IMG/VR virus record: IMGVR_UViG_3300045988_082442
Span: 32,001-96,000 of that record
Reading direction: 5' to 3' (one strand)
DNA from: a virus
Length of the DNA: 64,000 nt
A program made the translations under genes and the position numbers. The notes under the pieces are model-generated. The model saw nothing but the letters and a program-made list of their open reading frames with translations, searched no databases and had not been told where the DNA came from. Positions 1-9,019 of the stretch are shown piece by piece. The stretch's first letter is position 1; each line of letters starts with the position of its first letter.

Positions 1-2
1 GA

Positions 3-830
3 TTGGAACTATGTCATAAAGCATTACAATGTAGACACAATAGATTGCTTCATGTAAAATCAGATGTTGCTCCTATATTATGGCAAAATGGTGCATTAGC
101 TAGATTAGATAAGGGAGAAGGAATTAAACCTTTATTAGAGAATGGTTACTCTACAATATCATTGGGTTATGCTGGTTTATATGAATGTGTTAAATATATG
201 ACAGGTGACTCACATACTGGTAAAGGTAAAGAATTTGGACTTGCAGTTATGCAACATCTAAATGATGCTTGTGCTAAATGGAAAGAAGAAGAAAATATTG
301 ATTATTCAGTATATGGCACACCAATAGAAAGTACAACATATAAATTTGCTAAATGCTTGAAGAAAAGATTTGGTGATGATATATTTATTAAATTAGATGG
401 TAAAGATAGAAATTATATAACTAATTCATATCATGTGCCAGTATTTGAAGAAATAGATGCTTTTGAGAAATTAAGACTAGAAAGTGAGTTCCAAAGATTA
501 TCTCCTGGAGGTGCAATATCTTATATAGAAACTGCTAACCTACAAAATAATGTTAATGCTGTATTACAAGTTATCAAATTTATATATGGTAATATAATGT
601 ATGCAGAATTAAACACTAAATCAGACTACTGTCAAGAATGTGGTTATGATGGAGAAATTCTAATAGACGATAATTTAGAATGGTATTGTCCAAATTGTGG
701 AAATAGAAACCATGATACATTAAATGTAGCAAGAAGAACATGTGGTTACATTGGAAGCAATTTCTGGAATAAAGGAAGAACTCAAGAAATAAAAGAAAGA
801 GTGCTCCACTTGGATAACAAAGACGCTTAA
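3..830 (+). CDS. nrdD: anaerobic ribonucleoside-triphosphate reductase, C-terminal part (5' end outside window)
   Basis: ORF is open to the window edge. It has the C-terminal Cys cluster CQECG..CPNCG and the glycyl-radical motif RRTCGYIG typical of class III RNR. Confidence 0.9.
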   Translation: MELCHKALQCRHNRLLHVKSDVAPILWQNGALARLDKGEGIKPLLENGYSTISLGYAGLYECVKYMTGDSHTGKGKEFGLAVMQHLNDACAKWKEEENIDYSVYGTPIESTTYKFAKCLKKRFGDDIFIKLDGKDRNYITNSYHVPVFEEIDAFEKLRLESEFQRLSPGGAISYIETANLQNNVNAVLQVIKFIYGNIMYAELNTKSDYCQECGYDGEILIDDNLEWYCPNCGNRNHDTLNVARRTCGYIGSNFWNKGRTQEIKERVLHLDNKDA

Positions 831-856
831 TATATTATAATAGGAGGTATATTTTA

Positions 857-1210
857 ATGTGCGATAATAATTTAATAATAGGTGATTCATTAAAAATTAA
901 AGGTTATGGAGAACATATAGGAAAAGATTATTTCGTTTATTTTGAAAATATATCTCCTGATTTGTTAAAATATAAATTTCGTAATAGATGGGGAATGGAA
1001 GAATTTTTATATTCTAATGGTATTGAAAAATTTGATTATAAATCTTCTAATGGAAAAGTAATCACAAAAGTTTGGGAATATATTCCAGAAGAAGTAGAAG
1101 ATTGGAGAACTAGTTGGTGTAGAACTAAAACTGAAAAACAGAGGGGAATGCCAGAAAAATATACTTATGAAGACTGGCATTTAGGTCATTATATTAAGGA
1201 GAAAAAATAA
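857..1210 (+). CDS. hypothetical protein
   Basis: 117-aa ORF with a GGAGG RBS about 8 nt upstream. No motif recognised. Confidence 0.6.
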   Translation: MCDNNLIIGDSLKIKGYGEHIGKDYFVYFENISPDLLKYKFRNRWGMEEFLYSNGIEKFDYKSSNGKVITKVWEYIPEEVEDWRTSWCRTKTEKQRGMPEKYTYEDWHLGHYIKEKK

Positions 1211-1332
1211 TGGAAGAGAATTATTATTGTAAAATATGTGATTGTGAAATAACAAAATGGCAACATGAGAATAATGATGATATATGTACTTTTTGTCAAG
1301 AAGAAATTGATGAAGATGATAATGAGAATTAA
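1210..1332 (+). CDS. small Cys-rich (zinc-ribbon-like) protein, 40 aa
   Basis: ATG overlaps the upstream stop (TAATG), with an AAGGAG RBS. Contains CKICDC..CTFC. Below the ORF-track size cutoff, so read by hand. Confidence 0.45.
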   Translation: MEENYYCKICDCEITKWQHENNDDICTFCQEEIDEDDNEN

Positions 1333-1347
1333 GGTGGTGAATAACTT

Positions 1348-1521
1348 ATGGAAAATGATGAGATAGAAATAGTTTTTACTATTGAACAGTTAAGACTAAT
1401 AAGAGACGCTCTTAAAGGTCAATTAGTCAGAGAAAATGATATGAACTTTGACTACTTATCAAGAGTTACTACTATTGGTAAAAAGATAGAAAATGAATTG
1501 AGGTGTAACAATGCAATATAA
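1348..1521 (+). CDS. small hypothetical protein, 57 aa
   Basis: AAGGTGGTG RBS upstream of the ATG. The end overlaps the nrdG start. Hand-translated. Confidence 0.45.
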   Translation: MENDEIEIVFTIEQLRLIRDALKGQLVRENDMNFDYLSRVTTIGKKIENELRCNNAI

Positions 1522-2008
1522 TAAAATAAGAAAAATGGATATTTCAAATGGACCAGGTGTTAGGGTTTCTATATTTGTTCAAGGTTGTGCTTTTAACTGT
1601 AAAGGTTGTTTCAACCCAGAAACACATGATTTTAATTCTGGAAAAGAATTTACAACAATGGAAGCAAATAAGATAATACAATTAGCTAATAAAGATTATA
1701 TAAATGGGTTATCTATACTTGGTGGTGAACCTTTACATCCTAAAAATATAGAGAGTGTTTCTATGCTATGTGAATACTTCAAATATAAGTACCCATATAA
1801 AACAATATGGCTATGGTCAGGATTTAGATATGAAGATATACTAGAAAGAGAAAATAATTATAATATATTTAATTATATAGATGTTCTTGTAGATGGTCAA
1901 TTTAAGGAAGAATATCATAACCCAACTTTAAGATGGAAAGGTTCCTCTAATCAAAGAGTTATTGATGTTCAATCATCACTTAAAGAAGAAAGAGTAGTTG
2001 AATTATAA
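1511..2008 (+). CDS. nrdG: anaerobic RNR activating protein (radical SAM)
   Basis: Contains CAFNCKGCFN (CxxxCxxC radical-SAM cluster). Its size and position next to nrdD fit NrdG. Confidence 0.9.
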   Translation: MQYNKIRKMDISNGPGVRVSIFVQGCAFNCKGCFNPETHDFNSGKEFTTMEANKIIQLANKDYINGLSILGGEPLHPKNIESVSMLCEYFKYKYPYKTIWLWSGFRYEDILERENNYNIFNYIDVLVDGQFKEEYHNPTLRWKGSSNQRVIDVQSSLKEERVVEL

Positions 2009-2031
2009 TAGGTTGCTAATGTGTCAGGATG

Positions 2032-2060
2032 CCCCAGAATTGATTTTAAATATTCTGGGG
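2032..2060 (+). terminator. hairpin after nrdG (weak terminator candidate)
   Basis: 9-bp stem CCCCAGAAT/ATTCTGGGG with an 11-nt loop. The downstream tail is only weakly T-rich. Confidence 0.4.
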
Positions 2061-2090
2061 TATAATTTTATAGATGGAGGTATAAAAGCA

Positions 2091-2423
2091 ATGAGAATAA
2101 AGAATAAAAAGTTAGAGTGGTATGTTTTAAATTACAACTTTAATAAAAAGAAAGTAGTTCAATATAATATATTCTATCAAGACTTTATAGATGGTCTTTA
2201 TAAAGAATATAAAAAGAAGAATATACTTACAAAAGATGATTTAAAAGAATTTATCAAAAGATATTGCTTCAACTATATGGGAAGAAGAGAATATGAAATA
2301 ATGGTAGGTGACTTATTTGATGATATAGACAACTGTGAAAAGATAGATGTATATACTCAAGTAATGATGAATATTGATAGAATAGTTGACTATGTCAATG
2401 AGGAATTATCAATAGGACTATAA
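2091..2423 (+). CDS. hypothetical protein
   Basis: I chose the in-frame ATG at 2091 because it has a GGAGG RBS. The track start at 1998 lies over the hairpin. Confidence 0.6.
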   Translation: MRIKNKKLEWYVLNYNFNKKKVVQYNIFYQDFIDGLYKEYKKKNILTKDDLKEFIKRYCFNYMGRREYEIMVGDLFDDIDNCEKIDVYTQVMMNIDRIVDYVNEELSIGL

Positions 2424-2446
2424 AATATTAATAGGAGGGGTAAATT

Positions 2447-3115
2447 ATGAAGATTATAAAACCAGTAATAGAAGTAGAGAATTATGATGGTATTAAAATC
2501 ATGAAAAACATTGAAAGGGCTTGTAGAACTTGCTATAGAAGTGAGGGGCTTATAACAGAAGATAGCTATAAAAAATTATTGAATAACTGTATAAATAGGG
2601 GGCATGAATCTGTTCTAGAACATGAGAAAATAACAATTAGAATGACATGTGATATTGGTGTCTATAAAGATTTAACTCGTCATAGATTTGGTAGTTTCTC
2701 AATAGAATCTACAAGATACTGTAATTATGGTAAAGATAAATTTGATAATGAAATAAAATTTATAGAACCTTGTAATATAGATAGAGGTACAGTTGAATAT
2801 GCTCATTGGTTAAATGTTATGCAAGTTATAGATAATACATATAATGAGTTATCAAGAATAGGATGCACTCCAGACCAAATGAGAATGATATTACCTCATT
2901 CTACAGCAGCACAGGTTACAATGACAGCAAATATAAGAGAGTGGAGACATATATTAGATTTAAGAACAAAGAAAATGACACATCCATCTATTAGACAATT
3001 GCTTATTCCTTTATTACTTAAATTTAAAAGTGATATGCCAGAATTATTTGATAGTATTGAATATGACACTGACTTCCCAGTTGAGAAATATGCTGAACTT
3101 AAAATAATGGATTAG
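2447..3115 (+). CDS. thyX: FAD-dependent thymidylate synthase
   Basis: Carries the ThyX signature RHRFGSFSIESTRY (RHRxxSxxxxSxR). The 222-aa size is typical. Confidence 0.92.
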   Translation: MKIIKPVIEVENYDGIKIMKNIERACRTCYRSEGLITEDSYKKLLNNCINRGHESVLEHEKITIRMTCDIGVYKDLTRHRFGSFSIESTRYCNYGKDKFDNEIKFIEPCNIDRGTVEYAHWLNVMQVIDNTYNELSRIGCTPDQMRMILPHSTAAQVTMTANIREWRHILDLRTKKMTHPSIRQLLIPLLLKFKSDMPELFDSIEYDTDFPVEKYAELKIMD

Positions 3116-3126
3116 GAGGTGATATA

Positions 3127-3531
3127 ATGTTAAATATAGAATTAGATTTTGAAGTTGCAAATACAGAAATCTGTCAAGAACTAACTCTTATGAAATTGGA
3201 ACTTCTAAAAGATTATGATATAAATTATAGACCAGGATACAGAGTTGTATTGGAACATAATCTACAAAGTGCTAGAGATTTTGGACTTAAAGAATATAAA
3301 ACTAGAAAGAGAGAAGTGGAATTCTATGATAACTTAGAGAAAGCAATAAACTATTTGAAAGAAAAAGCAATAGACTATCAACTTAAAGCAGATGAAGAAA
3401 AAGCAAAACTTACAGATGAATACGATGCACCTATAAGAGAATATTGGTGTTACACTGCAGCTTATAGAGCAATGCAAGTGCTAATGAGACAGATAACAGA
3501 GGGGGATACTTATGTTATTAGAAACTGGTAA
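3127..3531 (+). CDS. hypothetical protein
   Basis: ORF with a GGAGGTG RBS. No motif recognised. Confidence 0.6.
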   Translation: MLNIELDFEVANTEICQELTLMKLELLKDYDINYRPGYRVVLEHNLQSARDFGLKEYKTRKREVEFYDNLEKAINYLKEKAIDYQLKADEEKAKLTDEYDAPIREYWCYTAAYRAMQVLMRQITEGDTYVIRNW

Positions 3532-3557
3532 TTATATTTAGATACGGAGGTTTTGTT

Positions 3558-3725
3558 ATGAAAGAATGTGATTGTTTAAAAGAATTTAAGGATAGTATTA
3601 TGAATTATACTTTTTATGATGAGCAACATAATTTAATATTATGCTTAAATGAAGATAAGATTAAAGAGATATTTGGTGTTGACAAAGTAATATTTCAAGA
3701 AGATTTTGGTTATGAAAGGAAATAG
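3558..3725 (+). CDS. small hypothetical protein, 55 aa
   Basis: Has a CGGAGG RBS. The stop lies inside the terminator stem. Confidence 0.45.
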   Translation: MKECDCLKEFKDSIMNYTFYDEQHNLILCLNEDKIKEIFGVDKVIFQEDFGYERK

Positions 3726-3749
3726 AGTACATAATGTACTCTATTTTTA
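3722..3749. terminator. bidirectional hairpin terminator between convergent genes
   Basis: 9-bp stem ATAGAGTAC/GTACTCTAT with a 5-nt loop, followed by TTTTTAT. It sits between the + gene end at 3725 and the - gene end at 3747. Confidence 0.6.
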
Positions 3750-3986
3750 TTCTTCATTATAAATTAAGTCTATTAAATCCCTAAATACAGTATGTATGTT
3801 TTCACCCTCTTTATAGTTTCTTAAATAATATTCAACCATAAGGATTTTATTACTATCTCTGAATTTATTAGATTTAAAAGTATGATATTCTTTTCTTGTT
3901 ATTTGTAGTTGAATATAAGTAATCAGAAATAATGTTAATAACAATATTATTACTAAAATCAGAATAATCATAATATTAGATACCAT
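3747..3986 (-). CDS. small membrane protein
   Basis: N-terminal hydrophobic helix IMIILILVIILLLTLFLITYI. Confidence 0.55.
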   Translation of the reverse strand: MVSNIMIILILVIILLLTLFLITYIQLQITRKEYHTFKSNKFRDSNKILMVEYYLRNYKEGENIHTVFRDLIDLIYNEE

Positions 3987-3988
3987 AA

Positions 3989-4516
3989 TTAGTCATCCTC
4001 CTCTTCCACATCTACTAAACAAGATTCAACAGCTTTTAAAATATATCTATCTTCTTGGAAATGGTTTACAGAAGACTTTATGTATGATGTAATTATTGAT
4101 ATACATATTTGACTTATTATGAAAGCTATCTCAATTCCTAAGCAGAATAAGATTACTCTTGTATCCTTATTATAAAGAAGCACAAATGCAAAATTTAATA
4201 CTGATACTATTGCTAATATAAGAGAAAATATCTTCTCAAAACTAATTATTTTATCTATTATCATAGAATCTGTTGTTCTATCTACCATTGTTGCTTTTAT
4301 GTTTTCTTCTATACTCTTCATTGATATAGTTCCCTTTTTAATTTTAACTGAAACTTCATCATCTTTCTTCACATCTTTCTTCACATCTTTTTTAGGTGTA
4401 TTTTTTACTTCTTTTTCAGAAGTTTCTTTTACCTTTGATGTTTTAGATTTAGGGCTAGTTTTCTTTACATCTTTCTTAACAGTAGATTTCTTTGTTGTTT
4501 TCTTTTCTTCTTCCAT
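3989..4516 (-). CDS. Lys-rich membrane protein
   Basis: The ATG at 4516 overlaps the upstream stop (ATGA) and has an AGGAGG RBS. The N-terminus is K-rich and low-complexity; the C-terminus has predicted TM segments. Confidence 0.6.
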   Translation of the reverse strand: MEEEKKTTKKSTVKKDVKKTSPKSKTSKVKETSEKEVKNTPKKDVKKDVKKDDEVSVKIKKGTISMKSIEENIKATMVDRTTDSMIIDKIISFEKIFSLILAIVSVLNFAFVLLYNKDTRVILFCLGIEIAFIISQICISIITSYIKSSVNHFQEDRYILKAVESCLVDVEEEDD

Positions 4517-4983
4517 CAAATACTCCTCCTTTCTATATTATAATTATCATTATGTAATTGTACTAATTTGTCCAATGTCATGTTATCTTCTCCTAGGAAT
4601 AATAATCTGAAATCACCATAGCCTGTAATTAGTTTAGATATGTCTTTTTTAGCAAACCTTTTTGACGAACAGGTAGTTTTACAAACAACTCTACCTACAT
4701 CATCAACAGCAATATAATCTCCTCTTAAATCTTCTATACCATCAGTGCTATTGCTACTTAATACATATATCTTTCTTTTTATGTTAAAATCTAAATCTTT
4801 CTTTTTAACATAATACTGAATACCTTTATATTTAACAATACAGAATGTTCCATATAAATTACTATAGTTATCATCTATTACAGCAACACAAGCTCCATTT
4901 GGTATATTCTTATATTTATGAGCAATTTGAGTTTTATAATCCTCATCTGCTAATTCTTTTAAGGCTCTGGCTTTATTCTTCAT
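4516..4983 (-). CDS. hypothetical protein
   Basis: ORF with a GGGGGA RBS. No motif recognised. Confidence 0.6.
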   Translation of the reverse strand: MKNKARALKELADEDYKTQIAHKYKNIPNGACVAVIDDNYSNLYGTFCIVKYKGIQYYVKKKDLDFNIKRKIYVLSSNSTDGIEDLRGDYIAVDDVGRVVCKTTCSSKRFAKKDISKLITGYGDFRLLFLGEDNMTLDKLVQLHNDNYNIERRSI

Positions 4984-4984
4984 C

Positions 4985-5209
4985 TTATTCTAATCCCCCA
5001 TCTGGTTTCTTATAACTTTTCACATAATTATCTAATTCATATTTTGTTTGTTCATAAGTTTTACCATTCTTCTTTTGGTATTCTTCATTTGACATATAAA
5101 ATTTACAGTTCTCTGATGTGCAATATAATCTTTTTAAACAAGCACAATCAACTGTTTTTAATCTTTGTTCATAAGCAAAGCAATCAGTTTTAGGTTGTTG
5201 TTTAATCAT
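4985..5209 (-). CDS. small Cys-rich protein
   Basis: ORF with a GGAGG RBS and six Cys residues. Confidence 0.55.
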   Translation of the reverse strand: MIKQQPKTDCFAYEQRLKTVDCACLKRLYCTSENCKFYMSNEEYQKKNGKTYEQTKYELDNYVKSYKKPDGGLE

Positions 5210-6206
5210 GATAATTTTCCTCCAATTCTTTTAATCTATATGCTAATATCTTATCAATAGCATACTCTTCAAGAGTATGTTTTGACTTACCTTTTACAAT
5301 ATTCATAACATCTTTTGCAAAAGAGTAGAACCTTTTATGTACATCTCTATCTTCTTTGTATTGCTCATCTGTTAAGCCTTCTGGACCGTTATATACAAAC
5401 CAATTATTTGCATCAATATATAAATAATCTTTATCTATAAACTTATTTAATAAACCAACATCATGCTCAATATCATCTTCATCTGCACCATCTGGAATAG
5501 CCAATTTTATATGAATACTAGGTGTGCAATCCTCAGATAATGTAACTAAATAGTCCATTGCCTTCAATTTTCTTACAAATTTCATAGATATTTTAGAATC
5601 CTTTTTAATTTGTTTTAATTTTGCATGGTCATACTTCCAGTTTGAGAATTTAGATTTTACATAGTATCTTAAGCATTGTAAATCTGATTTCTCATACCAA
5701 ATGTTTTCTCTACCACCATATACATAGGCTTTTATAGGATGGTTGTGCATCCAAGTTAATATTTCTGGTACATCAGATAGGTACCATTCTTCATTCTTAA
5801 TTCTTCTGTTTGTTTCTTCTGATTTCTCATACCAAGCACTTCTGTATATTCCTTGAACATAATCTGAATAAGATGGTTTAAACTTGTCAATTTCTTTTTC
5901 AGATTGTGTAAAGAACAACAACTCTGATTTAGAACTTACTTTATATTGGTCTGACCATAAAAGTATATTATTATCTATACATTGTGAAATCTTTGTAAAT
6001 CTATTTGTGTTCCAAAATGCAAATAGAAATCCAGGTATTTCTTTTATATGAAAATGACAGATACTATCTTTTGGTCCATCAAATAAAAAATATGTATTAG
6101 TGAAATATATATCTGTAGCGTGAAATCCTGTATATTCCTCAATTTCTTTTATTGCTGATAAAGCTAAGTTCTTGTTTGATAATTTACTTAATTTTGCTTC
6201 CCCCAT
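5202..6206 (-). CDS. hypothetical protein
   Basis: I chose the start at 6206 (MGEAKL) because it has an AAGGAG RBS. It lies downstream of the promoter at 6240-6268. Confidence 0.65.
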   Translation of the reverse strand: MGEAKLSKLSNKNLALSAIKEIEEYTGFHATDIYFTNTYFLFDGPKDSICHFHIKEIPGFLFAFWNTNRFTKISQCIDNNILLWSDQYKVSSKSELLFFTQSEKEIDKFKPSYSDYVQGIYRSAWYEKSEETNRRIKNEEWYLSDVPEILTWMHNHPIKAYVYGGRENIWYEKSDLQCLRYYVKSKFSNWKYDHAKLKQIKKDSKISMKFVRKLKAMDYLVTLSEDCTPSIHIKLAIPDGADEDDIEHDVGLLNKFIDKDYLYIDANNWFVYNGPEGLTDEQYKEDRDVHKRFYSFAKDVMNIVKGKSKHTLEEYAIDKILAYRLKELEENYHD

Positions 6207-6239
6207 TATAATTACTCCTTTATTTATAAAATTTACCAA

Positions 6240-6268
6240 ATTATATTATAAGTTTAAAAATATGTCAA
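6240..6268 (-). promoter_or_regulatory. sigma-A/70-like promoter (GCTTGACA class)
   Basis: On the minus strand: TTGACA, a 17-nt spacer, then TATAAT. It sits directly upstream of the gene starting at 6206. Confidence 0.55.
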
Positions 6269-6272
6269 GCAT

Positions 6273-6554
6273 TTATTCAAATAATTTATTTAATATTTCT
6301 GAATACCAATCAATTTCTTTTTGACTAATATATGGGTTTAATGCTTCCTTTTGGTATTCAATTTCTTCATCATTCAATTCTTTATGTCTAACCATATATC
6401 TCTCAATGTCTTTTTCCTTATATTTCTTAATACAGCTGTAAGAACGAACATATACTTCATATATAATCTCCTTATTATCACGAATCCAAGATTTACATAT
6501 AACTCCAATACATGTTCCATCTACAACTACTATATCTCCAAAACAAAATTTCAT
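6273..6554 (-). CDS. hypothetical protein
   Basis: ORF with a TAGGAG RBS. Confidence 0.6.
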   Translation of the reverse strand: MKFCFGDIVVVDGTCIGVICKSWIRDNKEIIYEVYVRSYSCIKKYKEKDIERYMVRHKELNDEEIEYQKEALNPYISQKEIDWYSEILNKLFE

Positions 6555-6562
6555 AATATCTC

Positions 6563-6850
6563 CTATCTCATCCTTCTTATGTAAGGTGTGTTATTATATA
6601 ATAAATTTTTATGCTCCTTATCATAAGTAACTAATTTAACTTTGATAGACTCATAACAAGAACCATCTATCTCTTGCTCTACAGCTTTGGTTACAATATT
6701 GATTAGAACTAAACCGTTATTTATTTCTGTCATATTTACTATTTTTGTTGTTCCAGTTGTTGATTGATTAGTAAACTTTCCAAATTTATAGCCAGAATTA
6801 TTAAATGCTTCTAATATTTCTTCTTTTAATTCTCTGCTAATTGTTTTCAT
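6563..6850 (-). CDS. hypothetical protein
   Basis: I chose the start at 6850 (MKTISREL) because it has a GAGGGGG RBS. Confidence 0.6.
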   Translation of the reverse strand: MKTISRELKEEILEAFNNSGYKFGKFTNQSTTGTTKIVNMTEINNGLVLINIVTKAVEQEIDGSCYESIKVKLVTYDKEHKNLLYNNTPYIRRMR

Positions 6851-6883
6851 AAAAATACCCCCTCTAAACAATTTCTTATTATG

Positions 6884-6912
6884 AGCATATCATAAGTTTT
6901 AAATTTTGTCAA
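6884..6912 (-). promoter_or_regulatory. sigma-A/70-like promoter (GCTTGACA class)
   Basis: On the minus strand: TTGACA, a 17-nt spacer, then TATGCT. The spacer AAATTTAAAACTTAT is nearly identical to the + strand copy at 36949. Confidence 0.5.
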
Positions 6913-6922
6913 GCATTTTTAT

Positions 6923-7575
6923 CTATTTCACAAATTCAGATACTTCATTTTTATAGAAGTCATAATTTATTGAATCTTTATGGTCAAGATATTCATTTAC
7001 AAATGCACTAATTAAATCTGCTAATCTAGTAAAATCTTCTTCTTTAAAACCTTTTGTAGTCATTGCAGGTGTTCCAATTCTAACACCAGAAGATTTTAAA
7101 GGTGGAAGCTCGTCATTAGGAATTTGATTTTTATTAAGAGTAATATTTATCTTATCAAGCTCAGTTTCTAAATCTTTACCTGTCATCTTCTTATTTGTAC
7201 TTGAATAAATATCTAGAACAAACATGTGATTTTGAGTTCCATTAGAGATTATCTTATAACCTAATCTTATAAATTCTTTTGCAAAAGCATCAGCATTTAA
7301 TATAACTTGTTTTGCATACTCTTTAAATTCAGGTTGTAATGCTTCCTCAAAACAAATACCTTTACCAGCAATAATATGTTCTAGTGGTCCTCCTTGTATT
7401 CCGTGGGAACACAGCAGAGTTTATTTTCTTTGTTAAATCTTCATCATTCCAAAGAATGATACCACCTCTTGGTCCTCTTAAAGTTTTATGTGTGGTAGAT
7501 GTAACAACATCAGCCCAACCAATAGGAGATGGGTGAACACCACCAGCAACTAAACCAGCAACATGTGCCATATCA
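6923..7575 (-). CDS. glyA: serine hydroxymethyltransferase, exon 2 (reading frame broken by a 1-nt insertion near 7403)
   Basis: Translation reads [34 protein letters not shown]. After skipping one C at 7403 it continues [28 protein letters not shown]. These are hallmark SHMT motifs. Confidence 0.8.
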
Positions 7576-8431
7576 CGATTTGTTATCTTTATGTTTCCAT
7601 AAAGTCCAGACTATACCATTAACTTTTATATTTCCAAATAAAACCTGAATAAGATTTATATTCATTAGTGCAATTTCTATAAATTCCGTCTATAGCAACT
7701 CCTGTAATTTTTGATGCTTCTTTTACACTTGGGAATGTTGCTATTAAATTTTGATTCATATCATATTGTTCTGTTATCTTTCCGTGTGTTCTTTGTGCTG
7801 CCTTTCTAACCCCATCTGCTAATCCTGTGTTGTATGCGTGTTGAGTATTATAGCCAGGAGTACACCATTCGAGATTAGTATATTTATTATTTCTTTTATT
7901 ACCGTCCTTATGATTTACTTGTGTGTTCTTATTAGGGTTCTTATTTTCTATAAATAAACTTGCAACCAATGTATGTATATATATTTGTTCAAATTTTCCC
8001 AAAAATCTAAATGTTGCAAGTGTATAGTCATTTGACTTAATATTAGAATAATCATAAATCTTTTCAGCCGAATGTCTCACTACTTTTTTACCTTTTCTTT
8101 CATAAGTAGTTTCTCTTGCCAAACTTTTTACTCTCCCATAATTACTAACTTCATATAACCCTTCCCAGTTAGGAACTGCTTTCCAAATTTCCAAATCTTA
8201 TTCACCTTCTTTCCATATAATAAGTTACTCCTTGGTAGTCGTTGAGAGCTTACCATGCCATAATGGTTTAGGTCTATCTCTGCTGATTGTCCAATCTTAA
8301 ATATTTTCAGGTGTTATTAAAATTTCTAATAATAACTACTAATTTAAGCTCTAAGGAGTTTCCAGCATATTCGGAGTTCAATAATATATTTCTATATTAA
8401 GGGGCTGCTTGCTTAGGCACAAAGCAAATTA
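7576..8431 (-). mobile_element. group I intron carrying an HNH homing endonuclease gene, inserted in glyA
   Basis: The SHMT frame breaks after ..VYMV and resumes at DMAHVAG. The insert follows a U and ends in G. Core-like P/Q/R/S elements are present, with GACUA/UAGUC P7 pairing. Confidence 0.8.
7619..8194 (-). CDS. HNH homing endonuclease (NUMOD4-type N-terminus)
   Basis: TTG start. Contains WKAVPNWEGLYEVSNYGRVKS (NUMOD4-like) and HKDGNKRNNKYTNLEWCTP (HNH), plus a C-terminal helix-turn-helix-like SKITGV module. Confidence 0.85.
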   Translation of the reverse strand: MEIWKAVPNWEGLYEVSNYGRVKSLARETTYERKGKKVVRHSAEKIYDYSNIKSNDYTLATFRFLGKFEQIYIHTLVASLFIENKNPNKNTQVNHKDGNKRNNKYTNLEWCTPGYNTQHAYNTGLADGVRKAAQRTHGKITEQYDMNQNLIATFPSVKEASKITGVAIDGIYRNCTNEYKSYSGFIWKYKS

Positions 8432-9018
8432 ACCATATATACAGGTCTATCTCCAGTTTTATTATAATAATCTTCTATTATTCTGGCTATTCTTTCATAA
8501 TCTATAATTTGTGAATAAGAACTTGCACCAACTAAAATCATTTTAGGGTTATATTGATATAATTTGTTTTCTATATCTTCATAATCAATAATACCATTTT
8601 CTGTAACACCATAGGAAACTATATTATAATCTTGTCCACTAAATGACATTTTATGTCCGTGTGTTAGATGTCCTCCAGCACCTAAATCCATACCTAAAAC
8701 TGTATCTCCATTATTTAATAATGCTCTGTAAACAGCTTGATTTGCAGAAGAACCACAATGTGGCTGAACATTAGCAAATTTGCAACCAAACAATTTACAT
8801 ACATCATCTATTGCTTTTTGCTCTATCATATCTATATATTTACAACCACCATAATATCTTTTATTAGGATAACCCTCTGCATATTTATTTGTTAGAATAG
8901 AACCACAAGCTGCTTTAACCCTATCACTACAAAAGTTTTCACTTGCTATCAATTCTATATTCTTATTTTGTCTGCCTTGTTCCATTTTAATTATATCTTC
9001 ATAAGAAGCTTCTATCAT
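8432..9018 (-). CDS. glyA: serine hydroxymethyltransferase, exon 1
   Basis: Contains [33 protein letters not shown], the canonical SHMT N-terminal motifs. Has an AAGGAGG RBS. Confidence 0.88.
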
Positions 9019-9019
9019 A

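Noticed and set aside
7226-7361. An apparent non-coding gap between two small minus-strand ORFs.
   Set aside because: It is glyA exon 2 read in the frame restored after the 1-nt insertion at 7403 (..[33 protein letters not shown]..). It is not intergenic.
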